From a bacterium (GTDB lineage Bacteria; Bacteroidota; Ignavibacteria; UBA10030), in the NCBI GenBank assembly GCA_043803945.1, contig JAZDJN010000091.1, forward strand, positions 32,001 through 96,000: DNA of 64,000 bases. The letters run 5' to 3'. Of the stretch, positions 31,894 through 40,624 are shown piece after piece. Numbering within the stretch: position 1 is the stretch's first letter; every line of letters begins with the position of its first letter. The notes below the pieces were generated by a model that was not told where the DNA came from, did not search any database, and saw nothing but the letters and a program-made list of their open reading frames with translations. Made by a program: the position numbers and the translations under genes.

Positions 31894-32015
31894 TGAGGGT
31901 GTCTGAAAAGTTTTGAATAGGTTATCTTCAATATTCAAAATTGTGCAATCCAATGAATTATCGCAACTCCAACGTGGACGAGTTGGCAACTCGTCCTACA
32001 TTTCAGACACCCTCA
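31894..32015. mobile_element. 122-bp MITE-like element with 15-bp terminal inverted repeats
   Basis: TGAGGGTGTCTGAAA (31894-31908) / TTTCAGACACCCTCA (32001-32015); internal palindrome GGACGAGTTG-G-CAACTCGTCC. Confidence 0.65.
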
Positions 32016-32113
32016 TCCTCTGTAAATTGCACTCATGCTTTTACATTTTTTGGATAACGATTCTGTCTAAGTGCGGAGATGTTAGAACTGTTGAATATAT
32101 GAGGTATAATAAG

Positions 32114-32968
32114 ATGAGCAAGATTTTATTCCCAGGATTGTATCGCGTCTTCGCTTTAGCGAGTGCTCTTATTGTCATCAGCTCGTCAGCAATGGCCGAC
32201 AGCGGCACCATCGACAAAGGTGGAGAACTGGCATTAATCATCACCGGAGCATTGACGGCGTTCTTCATCGTACTCATTTTCTTTGTCATCTTTGTGCTGA
32301 ATGGCAACATCGATCCGCTGACTGCGATTCTGAGGGCCGTATGGGAACACATCGTTCCGCAGGATGCCGACAAGGCGATTGCGATGGATGAGGATTTCGA
32401 TGGAATTACCGAACTCGACAACCAAATACCGCCCTGGTTCAATTATCTCTTTGCAGGATCGGTTGTCTTCGCTCTTATGTACATGCTCGATTATCACGTC
32501 TGGGGAACAAGTCCACTGCCCGGTACTGAATTTTCGCAGGAAGTCGCGGCGGCAGATCTCCTTCGGCGGGTACGAATTGCATCCGAAGGTACCATCGATG
32601 AAAACCAGCTCACGGCCCTGAAAGATTCTGAATCGATAAAGTCCGGCTCTGAAAAATTCATGAAGAATTGTGTGAGCTGCCATGGGAACAAGGGCGAGGG
32701 AATCGTCGGGCCAAACCTGACCGATCAATTCTGGATTCATGGCGGCGGTGTGAAAGAGATCTATGCAACCATTAAAAACGGAATCCCCGCAAAAGGGATG
32801 ATCAGTTGGAAATTAGTCTTCACTCCAAAAGAGATTCAACTGCTCTCGAGTTTTATCCTCTCTCTGCAAGGTACCAATCCACCGAATGCAAAGAAGGCCG
32901 AAGGAGTACTCTATGTTGCTCCGAAGATGGCTGTAAAAGATTCAACAAAACAGAAGGCAACATCGTAA
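32114..32968 (+). CDS. ccoP: cbb3 oxidase subunit III (monoheme type)
   Basis: FDGITELDN..PPWF, CVSCHG, VGPNLTD..WIHGG, KGM..W; start uncertain. Confidence 0.9.
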   Translation: MSKILFPGLYRVFALASALIVISSSAMADSGTIDKGGELALIITGALTAFFIVLIFFVIFVLNGNIDPLTAILRAVWEHIVPQDADKAIAMDEDFDGITELDNQIPPWFNYLFAGSVVFALMYMLDYHVWGTSPLPGTEFSQEVAAADLLRRVRIASEGTIDENQLTALKDSESIKSGSEKFMKNCVSCHGNKGEGIVGPNLTDQFWIHGGGVKEIYATIKNGIPAKGMISWKLVFTPKEIQLLSSFILSLQGTNPPNAKKAEGVLYVAPKMAVKDSTKQKATS

Positions 32969-32983
32969 GAATCGAGCATTGAC

Positions 32984-34402
32984 GTGGAAAATAGAGAATT
33001 ACAGAGCCAGCCCTCCTTCCGGGATCAGCTCGGTATCGTCTCGAAGGAAGGGAAACGGAAATGGGTCTACCCGCGTAAACCGAGCGGCCCCTTCCATCGC
33101 GCACGTCTCATCCTTAGCTGGATTCTTTGTGCAATTTTACTCGGTGTACCCTTCATCCGGCTGAATGGCCATCCGGTCATGTTGTTCGACATCACAGAAC
33201 GAAAATTCATCATCCTTGGATTGATCTTTGGCCCGCACGATTTCTTCCTGCTCGCGCTGACGATGATTACAGTGATCGTCTTCATTTTTCTCTTCACTGT
33301 CGTGTTCGGCAGACTCTTCTGCGGTTGGATCTGTCCGCAGACCGTGTTCATGGAAATGGTCTTCCGGAAGATCGATTATTGGATTGAAGGGAATCATCGG
33401 GAACAACGTGCACTCAACGAATCGTCGATGAATGGCACAAAAGCATGGAAGAAGTTATTCAAGCATTCTTTGTACTTTACCATTTCGTTTATCATTGCCA
33501 ACATGCTCCTGGCATGGGTCATAGGAACAGACAAACTCTTCACGATCATCGCCGACCCACCTTCACAACATCTTGCCGGATTAACGGCAATCGTCGCCTT
33601 CACCGGAGTGTTTCATTGGATTTTTGGCTGGTTTCGCGAACAGGCTTGCATCCTCATCTGTCCCTATGGACGGCTTCAGGGTGTCTTATTGGATCGCCGG
33701 TCCACTGTGATTGCGTACGATTTCATTCGGGGAGAACCGCGGAGAAAATATAAGAAAAGTGAATCCCGTGAATTGGGAGATTGCATCGATTGCCATCAAT
33801 GTGTTGAGGTCTGCCCGACAGGAATAGATATCCGTAATGGAACACAACTCGAATGCGTGAACTGTACAGCATGCATCGACGCATGTAATACGATCATGGA
33901 CTCGATCGAGCGGCCGCGTGAATTAATCCGCTACGACTCTATCGAGGGTATAGAGAAAAAAGCCCCGTCTCTGGTTACAATGCGAAGTGTTGGTTACTCG
34001 GTTGTCCTGCTCCTTCTCATCTCCGTATTGAGTTACTTGCTTTACAATCGGTCGGAGATCGATGTGACAATCCTCAGAACTCCCGGTCTGTTCTTCCAGG
34101 AGCAACCCGATAAGCAGGTGAGCAACCTCTACGACGTTAAGGCCATCAATAAAACATTTGAGGAATTCCCCCTCACGTTCAAACTCAAAAATATTGAAGG
34201 ATCTATTTCAGTTCTTGGCGATGTTCACACTCTCAAGCCTCAGGAAGCAGCCTCCGCCCGTCTCTTTGTTATACTTCACCGGAGTCAACTTCGTACGATG
34301 AACACTCCATTCGAAATTGAAATATTCCGGGGCACACAGCTCGTTAACGTCGTCCAGACATCGTTCCTCGGACCCCTACAAATGAAAGGAAAAACGGAGT
34401 GA
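32984..34402 (+). CDS. ccoG: cytochrome c oxidase accessory ferredoxin-like protein
   Basis: GRLFCGWICPQT, CPYGRLQ, CIDCHQCVEVCP, CVNCTACIDAC. Confidence 0.95.
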   Translation: MENRELQSQPSFRDQLGIVSKEGKRKWVYPRKPSGPFHRARLILSWILCAILLGVPFIRLNGHPVMLFDITERKFIILGLIFGPHDFFLLALTMITVIVFIFLFTVVFGRLFCGWICPQTVFMEMVFRKIDYWIEGNHREQRALNESSMNGTKAWKKLFKHSLYFTISFIIANMLLAWVIGTDKLFTIIADPPSQHLAGLTAIVAFTGVFHWIFGWFREQACILICPYGRLQGVLLDRRSTVIAYDFIRGEPRRKYKKSESRELGDCIDCHQCVEVCPTGIDIRNGTQLECVNCTACIDACNTIMDSIERPRELIRYDSIEGIEKKAPSLVTMRSVGYSVVLLLLISVLSYLLYNRSEIDVTILRTPGLFFQEQPDKQVSNLYDVKAINKTFEEFPLTFKLKNIEGSISVLGDVHTLKPQEAASARLFVILHRSQLRTMNTPFEIEIFRGTQLVNVVQTSFLGPLQMKGKTE

Positions 34403-34842
34403 AGCTTCATTGGGGAATCGGTCTTGGTATCGGTTTCGCCTTCTTCGCGCTGGGGATTCTGGCGCTGGTTATCATTTCCATGAATCAGAAAATCGATCTG
34501 GTCAGCGACGATTACTATCAGAAAGAATTACGTCATCAAGAGCAGATCGAGAGAACTCAGCGCTCGACAGCACTAAAAGAGCGGCTCGAGGTAACGAGCG
34601 TTGGAACCCGTATCTCAATTCGTTTCCCAAAGATGTTTTCACCAGGCAATCTTAAAGGGACACTTTCTTTTTACAGGCCGGCAGACCGCTCGAATGATTT
34701 CTCGATCTCAATCTCCCTCGATTCAACCAATGCGCAAAGTGTCATCACTGATTCACTTGTTAAAGGTTTGTGGAGGTTGAAAGCATTCTGGACAAGCGCT
34801 CAGCTTGAGTATTATCACGAAGAAGCATTGATTATCCAATAA
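34399..34842 (+). CDS. ccoH: FixH/CcoH family protein
   Basis: N-terminal WG-TM, DLVSDDYYQKEL, FYRP, GLW. Confidence 0.88.
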   Translation: MKLHWGIGLGIGFAFFALGILALVIISMNQKIDLVSDDYYQKELRHQEQIERTQRSTALKERLEVTSVGTRISIRFPKMFSPGNLKGTLSFYRPADRSNDFSISISLDSTNAQSVITDSLVKGLWRLKAFWTSAQLEYYHEEALIIQ

Positions 34843-34849
34843 GGTGTTT

Positions 34850-35557
34850 ATGGAATTTTTTGCAGGACTGATGTTTGGTTTCGCCGGTAGTCTGCATTGC
34901 ATTGGGATGTGCGGCCCCATCGTACTGGCACTTTCCACCGGACAACAATCTTTCTCCAAACTCCTTCTGGGGCGGCTAGCCTACAACCTTGGAAGAGTCT
35001 TCACATACACCATGGTGGGAGCAATTGTCGGATGGATCGGCGGTGCTTTGCTGATTCCGTTACTTCAGGAAAAACTCACCATCATCATGGGAGTTGTCAT
35101 TCTGATAGGCGCACTTTTTCCGCTGCTCGTTAAATCCGCTTCAACTATTCGCTTGCTTCCCCAGCCGTTGTATCAACGATTAATCTCTCAGATCGCATCG
35201 CTTCTTACGACACAATCAGTTCACACGCTGTTTCTTCTTGGCATATTGAATGGATTGCTTCCCTGTGGATTTGTGTATATGGGTATTGCCGGAGCAGTGG
35301 CTACCGGCTCGTTGATTGGCGGTGTATTGTTTATGGCTGGATTCGGTGTTGGTACGATTCCAGCAATGTTGAGCTTTGCGATTTCACCGAGACTTATTTC
35401 GGTCAATGCCCGCACCAAACTCGCACGCATGCTCCCCGCGTTCACAATACTAGTTGGGATTTTGCTGATCGTTCGGGGTTTGGCTTTGGGGATTCCTTAT
35501 CTCAGCCCAAAACTTCAGGATCGGGCCGCTTCGATGCAAATGGAACACCATCACTAA
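34850..35557 (+). CDS. DsbD_2/TauE-like membrane protein of cbb3 clusters
   Basis: SLHCIGMCGPI, YNLGR, NGLLPCGFVY, FGVGTIP. Confidence 0.88.
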   Translation: MEFFAGLMFGFAGSLHCIGMCGPIVLALSTGQQSFSKLLLGRLAYNLGRVFTYTMVGAIVGWIGGALLIPLLQEKLTIIMGVVILIGALFPLLVKSASTIRLLPQPLYQRLISQIASLLTTQSVHTLFLLGILNGLLPCGFVYMGIAGAVATGSLIGGVLFMAGFGVGTIPAMLSFAISPRLISVNARTKLARMLPAFTILVGILLIVRGLALGIPYLSPKLQDRAASMQMEHHH

Positions 35558-35607
35558 TTTTTTTTAAACTAGAAAGTACTCCAACATTCCTAAAAGAAAA
35601 AGCTTTG

Positions 35608-36513
35608 ATGAATACACTGCAGCGTTGTCTCAATACGATTTTCTGTTTGCTTGTGCTGTCGGCAAATTTATCACTGCTGCAATCCCAGCCATCCGCTAAC
35701 GATTCAATTCAACTCTTAATTCGTTGCGATGATCTCGGCATGTGCCACAGTGTGAACCTTGCTGCGAAACGACTCTTCGAGTCAGGACTTCCAGTCTCAG
35801 TATCCATTATGTTCGCCTGTCCCTGGTATCAGGAAGCGGTCGACCTCCTGAAGCAGTACCCGGATGTATCGGCAGGAGTTCACTTAACGCTTAATGCAGA
35901 ATGGAAGAATTATCGTTGGGGACCAGTGTTAGGAAAAGTTGCTGTACCAAGTTTGGTAGACAGCATCGGCTTTTTTTTTCCTTCAAGAGCAACATTTTTT
36001 GCCAACAATCCTAAGATTGCTGAGGTCGAGAAAGAGCTGCGCGCACAAATTGAGCGGGCATTAAGCTCAGGAATCAGGATCGATTATCTCGATTACCATA
36101 TGGGTACTGTTGTGGACACACCTGAGCTCCGGGCATTGCTTGAGAGATTAGCGAACGAATATCACCTTGGCATCTCTCGCTACTTTGGAGAAAGGGATGT
36201 TGCCGGCGTTTATAAGCTCGCTCCCGAAACAAAGACAGACTCACTTCTTGCTACGATCTCGGGTTTAAAGAATGGACCAGTGCAACTTCTTGTTTGCCAT
36301 ATCGGCCTGGATACTCCCGAGATGAGCGCTCTCATCGATCTGAACACTTTTGGTTTGGCTCAGATGAGTAAGCATCGTGAAGCTGAACTCAATGCACTTC
36401 TTTCAAACGATTTTCGGAAGATCATCAAGGATAAGAAGATACGATTGTTGACTTATAGGGATATTATTAGACGAATGGGTCTCGACAAGATGCAGAGGCC
36501 AGGAGTAGAGTGA
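35608..36513 (+). CDS. exported YdjC/ChbG-family carbohydrate deacetylase
   Basis: signal peptide, RCDDLG, GVHLTL.AEW, DYHM. Confidence 0.85.
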   Translation: MNTLQRCLNTIFCLLVLSANLSLLQSQPSANDSIQLLIRCDDLGMCHSVNLAAKRLFESGLPVSVSIMFACPWYQEAVDLLKQYPDVSAGVHLTLNAEWKNYRWGPVLGKVAVPSLVDSIGFFFPSRATFFANNPKIAEVEKELRAQIERALSSGIRIDYLDYHMGTVVDTPELRALLERLANEYHLGISRYFGERDVAGVYKLAPETKTDSLLATISGLKNGPVQLLVCHIGLDTPEMSALIDLNTFGLAQMSKHREAELNALLSNDFRKIIKDKKIRLLTYRDIIRRMGLDKMQRPGVE

Positions 36514-36566
36514 GCAGTTGATGTTAGACATCTGAAGTGTTTTACTGAAATCTGGATTGAGTGTAA

Positions 36567-36951
36567 TACCGCAAGGCACGCTGAGGACACCAAAGAAAAT
36601 CCTAAAATGAAAGAGTAGATAGAGAAAGACATTTCGTATTTACTCAACTCGCTTAGTAATCCTACTACTTTCACTTATCTTTCGCCCACTTTCCCAAGAG
36701 GGCTGGGAGGATTCTACAAGCTGCTGCAGATAAATCTCATTGAGAACTCCGACTCCATCGACAAATCCCCCTTCCCCCCTTTTCGAAAGGGGGAAATTGT
36801 GCCCGCAGAAGAACAACAATCATCAACACATCCAGTCATTATCTTGCCCCGATATACACAAATGGAAACCAAATTGCCCTTTGCGTGAACTGTGTTGAGC
36901 AATTATATCATTCCTTAAAATACCTTTGTGCACCTTGTGTCCTCGGCAGTA
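36567..36951. repeat. inverted pair of CAC-n-AAG periodic repeats enclosing a G/C-run hairpin
   Basis: arms 36567-36595 and 36924-36951; TTCCCCC..TTTCGAAA..GGGGGAA hairpin at ~36772-36795. Confidence 0.5.
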
Positions 36952-37021
36952 GTATCTCTTTATGCGATCCAATCGTACTTGTTTTGTGAAATGCAGAAGA
37001 GTAAGCCGTTCCTGAAAAACT

Positions 37022-37062
37022 AAAAAAACGCTTTCAGGAGACTTCTGAAAGCGCTTTTTTTT
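37022..37062. terminator. bidirectional terminator
   Basis: A7-CGCTTTCAG/CTGAAAGCG-C-T8. Confidence 0.75.
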
Positions 37063-37190
37063 GTGGGCACTACTGGGGTCCCCGCCCGACCGCATTTGAG
37101 TCTGATTATCGGTCGGGCGGGTCCACCAGAGGCGGATGAGCTTTCCGCCAAAAAGACGACGGACAAACTGGCTCAGAACCAGTGACCTTA
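37063..37190 (-). pseudogene. duplicated tRNA-Val 3' fragment interrupted by 95 bp of nested palindromes
   Basis: GTGGGCACTACTGGGGTC|insertion 37081-37175|GAACCAGTGACCTTA matches tRNA positions 37256-37288 with one mismatch. Confidence 0.8.
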
Positions 37191-37216
37191 TCCTTGGAGC
37201 AGTGAGTTCAATGAAA

Positions 37217-37253
37217 GAAAAAAGCACTTTGAATTCACCTTTCAAAGTGCTTT
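37217..37253 (-). terminator. terminator after tRNA-Val
   Basis: 13-bp inverted repeat AAAGCACTTTGAA/TTCAAAGTGCTTT, T-run on the minus strand. Confidence 0.8.
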
Positions 37254-37256
37254 ATG

Positions 37257-37331
37257 TGGGCGCTACTGGGGTCGAACCAGTGACCTTACGCGTGTGAGGC
37301 GTACGCTCTGAACCAACTGAGCTAAGCGCCC
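37257..37331 (-). tRNA. tRNA-Val(CAC), CCA not encoded
   Basis: acceptor stem GGGCGCT/AGCGCCC, D arm GCTC/GAGC, anticodon arm TACGC-CTCACAC-GCGTA, T arm with GGTTCGA. Confidence 0.96.
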
Positions 37332-37343
37332 AAAGAACATAAA

Positions 37344-37396
37344 AACCAACTGTTTACCCGCCGGAATACGAAGTACTCGGCGGAAGCTAAGCGCCC
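37344..37396 (-). pseudogene. duplicated tRNA 5' fragment (21 nt) interrupted by a 32-bp hairpin
   Basis: AACCAACTG|TTTACCCGCCG...CGGCGGA|AGCTAAGCGCCC compared with AACCAACTGAGCTAAGCGCCC in the tRNA. Confidence 0.7.
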
Positions 37397-37509
37397 TCTC
37401 TTAAAACTTGGGCAATTCAAATAACAACTATCACGAATTCTGTTGAGTGTAGAATCACTATAAAAGCGTTCTACAATTTTCTCTACTGAGTAGCACTAAC
37501 CTCTTGATG

Positions 37510-37538
37510 AATATAATAGATAGTGTTTGAAAAAACAA
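37510..37538 (-). promoter_or_regulatory. possible sigma70 promoter for the tRNA
   Basis: TTGTTT-17-TATATT. Confidence 0.35.
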
Positions 37539-37635
37539 CTTCCGGTAGGGTTGAGCTGCAAGGGTTTGATTTGCACATTGATTCAATAGTGTCCCACTTC
37601 CTGGTGGGGAGCGAGGGAAAGTGATTGCAGGACCC

Positions 37636-37965
37636 CTAGGAAATAATAGTCACGATTATTTCCACGACCTCGCGATATTTTCCCGGTATAATCGTTCCAA
37701 TCTTTTTCTCGATTATTCGACTTTCAGCAGTAAATAATTTGTTCGGACGGGCATAGGAAGGGTCTTGAGTCAGGGAGCCTATAGCAAAATCGATTCGTTT
37801 CAACTCCACCGAATAGATGTCGCTTCGCGATGCAGTTATCTGGCAGAGAATGACATCCTCACCAAGGGGGTCCGAAATGACCAAAGCAGGACGTCTCTTT
37901 ACTGTAGAAAGGTCTGAAAATGGGAATGGCAGAGTTACACCATCCCCTTTTACAAATCTAACCAT
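37636..37965 (-). CDS. PemK/MazF family endoribonuclease toxin
   Basis: KGD.V.LPFPFSDLS..KRRPALVIS...D.ILCQIT, S..RPNKLFT. Confidence 0.9.
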   Translation of the reverse strand: MVRFVKGDGVTLPFPFSDLSTVKRRPALVISDPLGEDVILCQITASRSDIYSVELKRIDFAIGSLTQDPSYARPNKLFTAESRIIEKKIGTIIPGKYREVVEIIVTIIS

Positions 37966-38186
37966 GCAGCATCCTCTTCAGGAGAGTCCCAGTCTTTTGC
38001 AAGTGCCTTCTCTGATGCTAACATCGTATCCGGGAATGGCCTAATCAACTCATGGATGAAGAACGGCCTGGTCTTCAAGGGACTTCCTGTAGAGCTAGAT
38101 TCGATGCCAAGAGCAAGTGAGATTATTACTTGCCCTGATGCTAGCCATGTGCTGGAATCCACAGAACATGTCTCGTCAGGATTCAT
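37950..38186 (-). CDS. putative antitoxin (DUF2281-like acidic C-terminus)
   Basis: C-terminal MLASEKALAKDWDSPEEDAAWLDL typical of partners of this MazF subtype; overlaps the toxin start by 16 nt. Confidence 0.7.
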   Translation of the reverse strand: MNPDETCSVDSSTWLASGQVIISLALGIESSSTGSPLKTRPFFIHELIRPFPDTMLASEKALAKDWDSPEEDAAWLDL

Positions 38187-39004
38187 CGTGTGTTCCTTGG
38201 ATTGAATAGTTTCGCCACGTCTTTCTCTTTGATGGGTTGGAAGCCACCCGTCTTCGTTATTGCCGCAATATCTATATTGCCTCCGACACCACGCAAGCCA
38301 ACATAGAAGGATTGCATTTCCATGGTTGTCCGAACGAGCAACGCCGAAAGATTTATACAGTCTTGAAGTGGCAAGAATTGATACGGGATTTGTACCTGCA
38401 ATTGTGACAACGCTTTCGAAAGCAATGTAGTTTGCTCTGCAGTAAGGCCTAAGGTTTTCTGGACAAATGGTACGAGTTGAGGGTCATAACCGTGTATTAA
38501 CCTCCCAACGAACTCCTGCTGGCCTCCCCACACTGGGCCGAAATCCGACGTGTGCCACTCCTTTGGAACTGGTCGGGAAGGAATGTCTATCTCATAAACG
38601 CGTCCATAGGCTTCTCCCTCATCATAACCGCCTAGCATGAACACCATATCTGGCTGACCAGCCCACTGTTCAGGATTTGGCATCTTTTGGCCTATCCACA
38701 TCTGCATGAAGAAATCACCGAGCTTTTCCGCTACCTCTCCCACCTTGAGTCTTTTCTTCTCGATTGAAGCTTCGAACTCGGGGATATAGCTGTGGGCTGT
38801 CCTTGGATTCTGCTGACCAATGGCTCCCAAACCGTAAGTCACAATGCCGACATAATCCTGCCCGTTAACGCGCAGCAGTTTCGTAGTATTATCAAACGTT
38901 GCCGGTAAAACGGGACCTCCTGGAATCTGGGCCATGAGGGTGACCCTGCTATCTGCGGCGAGGACTATCCCCTCTGGGCCTTTGAAAACAATACCTAGGG
39001 ACAT
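38183..39004 (-). CDS. proteasome beta-subunit-like Ntn hydrolase
   Basis: M-S-L-G-I...GIVLAADSR...K motif, GGYD, GVGG.IDIA.IT; Ser at the N-terminal nucleophile position. Confidence 0.75.
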   Translation of the reverse strand: MSLGIVFKGPEGIVLAADSRVTLMAQIPGGPVLPATFDNTTKLLRVNGQDYVGIVTYGLGAIGQQNPRTAHSYIPEFEASIEKKRLKVGEVAEKLGDFFMQMWIGQKMPNPEQWAGQPDMVFMLGGYDEGEAYGRVYEIDIPSRPVPKEWHTSDFGPVWGGQQEFVGRLIHGYDPQLVPFVQKTLGLTAEQTTLLSKALSQLQVQIPYQFLPLQDCINLSALLVRTTMEMQSFYVGLRGVGGNIDIAAITKTGGFQPIKEKDVAKLFNPRNTR

Positions 39005-39108
39005 TTTCGTTCCAATGATATGCTTGGGAATTGCTATGAAGTATAGAGAATATTTTCTATCAGATCAAGTGCTAATGACCCAGCAAGAACAGCTTCAAAA
39101 TGAAATCT

Positions 39109-39260
39109 TTAGTTGGAAGACAGCGTTATTCTGTTCACAGTACTGTGCATTTGCTCAGGCTGAAGATGCGGGTAGATTTCCGTCACCTTGCTCAAAGGTT
39201 GTCCAAGTAGTTTCTGTACTCCGTCGAGAGAAGCTCCATCCTGCACCAACCATCGGCACG
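39109..39260 (-). pseudogene. C-terminal remnant of a tyrosine recombinase/integrase
   Basis: WLVQDGASL..VQKLLGQ....VTEIY.HL resembles box II (LGH changed to LGQ, catalytic Tyr kept); HxxR and upstream domains missing. Confidence 0.75.
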
Positions 39261-39535
39261 CCGAGAGTTGCTCTTCCTTCAGAGGTGTCCGCATGATGGA
39301 CCTCCTTGGTACCATGGAGCCAGAGCGTACTACGTGGAAGATAATCGGTGCTTTGGGAGTGGTTACAACTATGCAGTTTCAAGTGACAAAGTCAACGTCC
39401 GGAAAGTACGCTTCCTTACAGTGAACTCAGAAACGAAGTATTGCTCTCAATCTGGCAGACGTAATTGCCTCCGCGTTCCAAACGGACAAGCGCGGTATCC
39501 CTACCCACACATGAGAGCCACGAGAAATGCGGAAA

Positions 39536-40306
39536 TCAATAGTTCCTGGCAATACGAAAGCCGACGTTAACAAACCGGATGTCTGGACCACCACCACCCC
39601 GAAGGACAATGCGACAACCGTTGTCGCTGCTGTACCACCCACCTCCGCGGCTCATTCGTACCACACCACTTTCTGGACCTGTTGGGTTTGTTTGAGCACT
39701 CGTTGTGCATGGTCCATCCCAATCATTCACCCATTCGTCGACATTGCCACTCATATCAAAGATGCCAAGCTCATTTGCCTTCATCGTTCCGACTGAATGA
39801 GGCCTGTAGTCTGAATTGCCAAGATGCCACGCCACCGAATCCAATGTGTTGCTCCCGCAATATGTGTACCCCTGGCTGCGGTTCCCGCCACGGGCCGAAT
39901 ACTCCCATTCCGCTTCTGTCGGTAGGCGGTATTTCGTCGTCCCTTCCCTCTGATTGAGATAGCTCAACCAGTCTTGAATGTCATACCAACTTACTTGCCC
40001 CACGGGCAGACTATCTCCCTTGAACTCGCTGCTCGGAGACTCACTCAAGCTAGTTCCCCCGTTCGCCTGCTTCCAGAGGACGATTTCGCGCCAGAGCTTC
40101 TGCGTCACCTCATACTTGCCAATGTAGAAATCGCTCAGCGTGACCGAATGAGATGGCTGTGTGTACACCTCAGTGCTGCCGCTCCCCATCTGAAATGTGC
40201 CACCTTGCACAACCACCATGTTTGGCAGCATTGAAGGTATGGGCTTGCAGCCAATTGAGATCACAATCGCACAGAAAAAAAAGTAAGGCAGGATGAGAGT
40301 CTTCAT
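39536..40306 (-). CDS. FGE-sulfatase (SUMF1-like, C-type lectin fold) lipoprotein
   Basis: lipobox SIGC, GGTFQMG, EVTQ, RLPTEAEWEY.ARGG, DMSGNV.EW, RGGGW, GFRIAR. Confidence 0.9.
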   Translation of the reverse strand: MKTLILPYFFFCAIVISIGCKPIPSMLPNMVVVQGGTFQMGSGSTEVYTQPSHSVTLSDFYIGKYEVTQKLWREIVLWKQANGGTSLSESPSSEFKGDSLPVGQVSWYDIQDWLSYLNQREGTTKYRLPTEAEWEYSARGGNRSQGYTYCGSNTLDSVAWHLGNSDYRPHSVGTMKANELGIFDMSGNVDEWVNDWDGPCTTSAQTNPTGPESGVVRMSRGGGWYSSDNGCRIVLRGGGGPDIRFVNVGFRIARNY

Positions 40307-40477
40307 TTGAATCTCCTTCGACCCATGATTCACTGCGGATTAAAGATACAAAACAAAGAAGGACAAGGCAATAACAATTTCAGCCTTCCCCCCTTTTGTA
40401 ACATATGTGAAGCAAATGTTTTGCCTCAGGTATACACCTCAATATGACTGGGGATACACCTTAGTTGGCGAAGAGTC

Positions 40478-40553
40478 GAACACTGATGATACTGATCGAA
40501 CAGATACTCACCCATCTGTGGTGATCTGTGCTTTTTCTGTGTAATCAGTGTTC
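40478..40553. repeat. inverted pair of CAC(A/T)GAT periodic repeats
   Basis: GAACACTGAT...ATCAGTGTTC with internal ACAGAT/ATCTGT units. Confidence 0.6.
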
Positions 40554-40624
40554 TATCTCTTAAGAAAAATAGCTGAGGGGCTATTCCTCTTTAATGAGTT
40601 ACCTCAGCGAAATAATCCGCTTCC

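Noticed and set aside
31913-32113. N-terminal extension of CcoP in the ORF track
   Set aside because: It begins inside the MITE; a start near 32114 with a GAGG RBS is more plausible.
36823-37245. 140-aa minus-strand ORF
   Set aside because: It runs through terminators, repeats and the tRNA fragment; likely spurious.
39260-39535. DGR template repeat next to the FGE gene
   Set aside because: No similarity to the FGE 3' end, no AAC-rich pattern and no reverse transcriptase.
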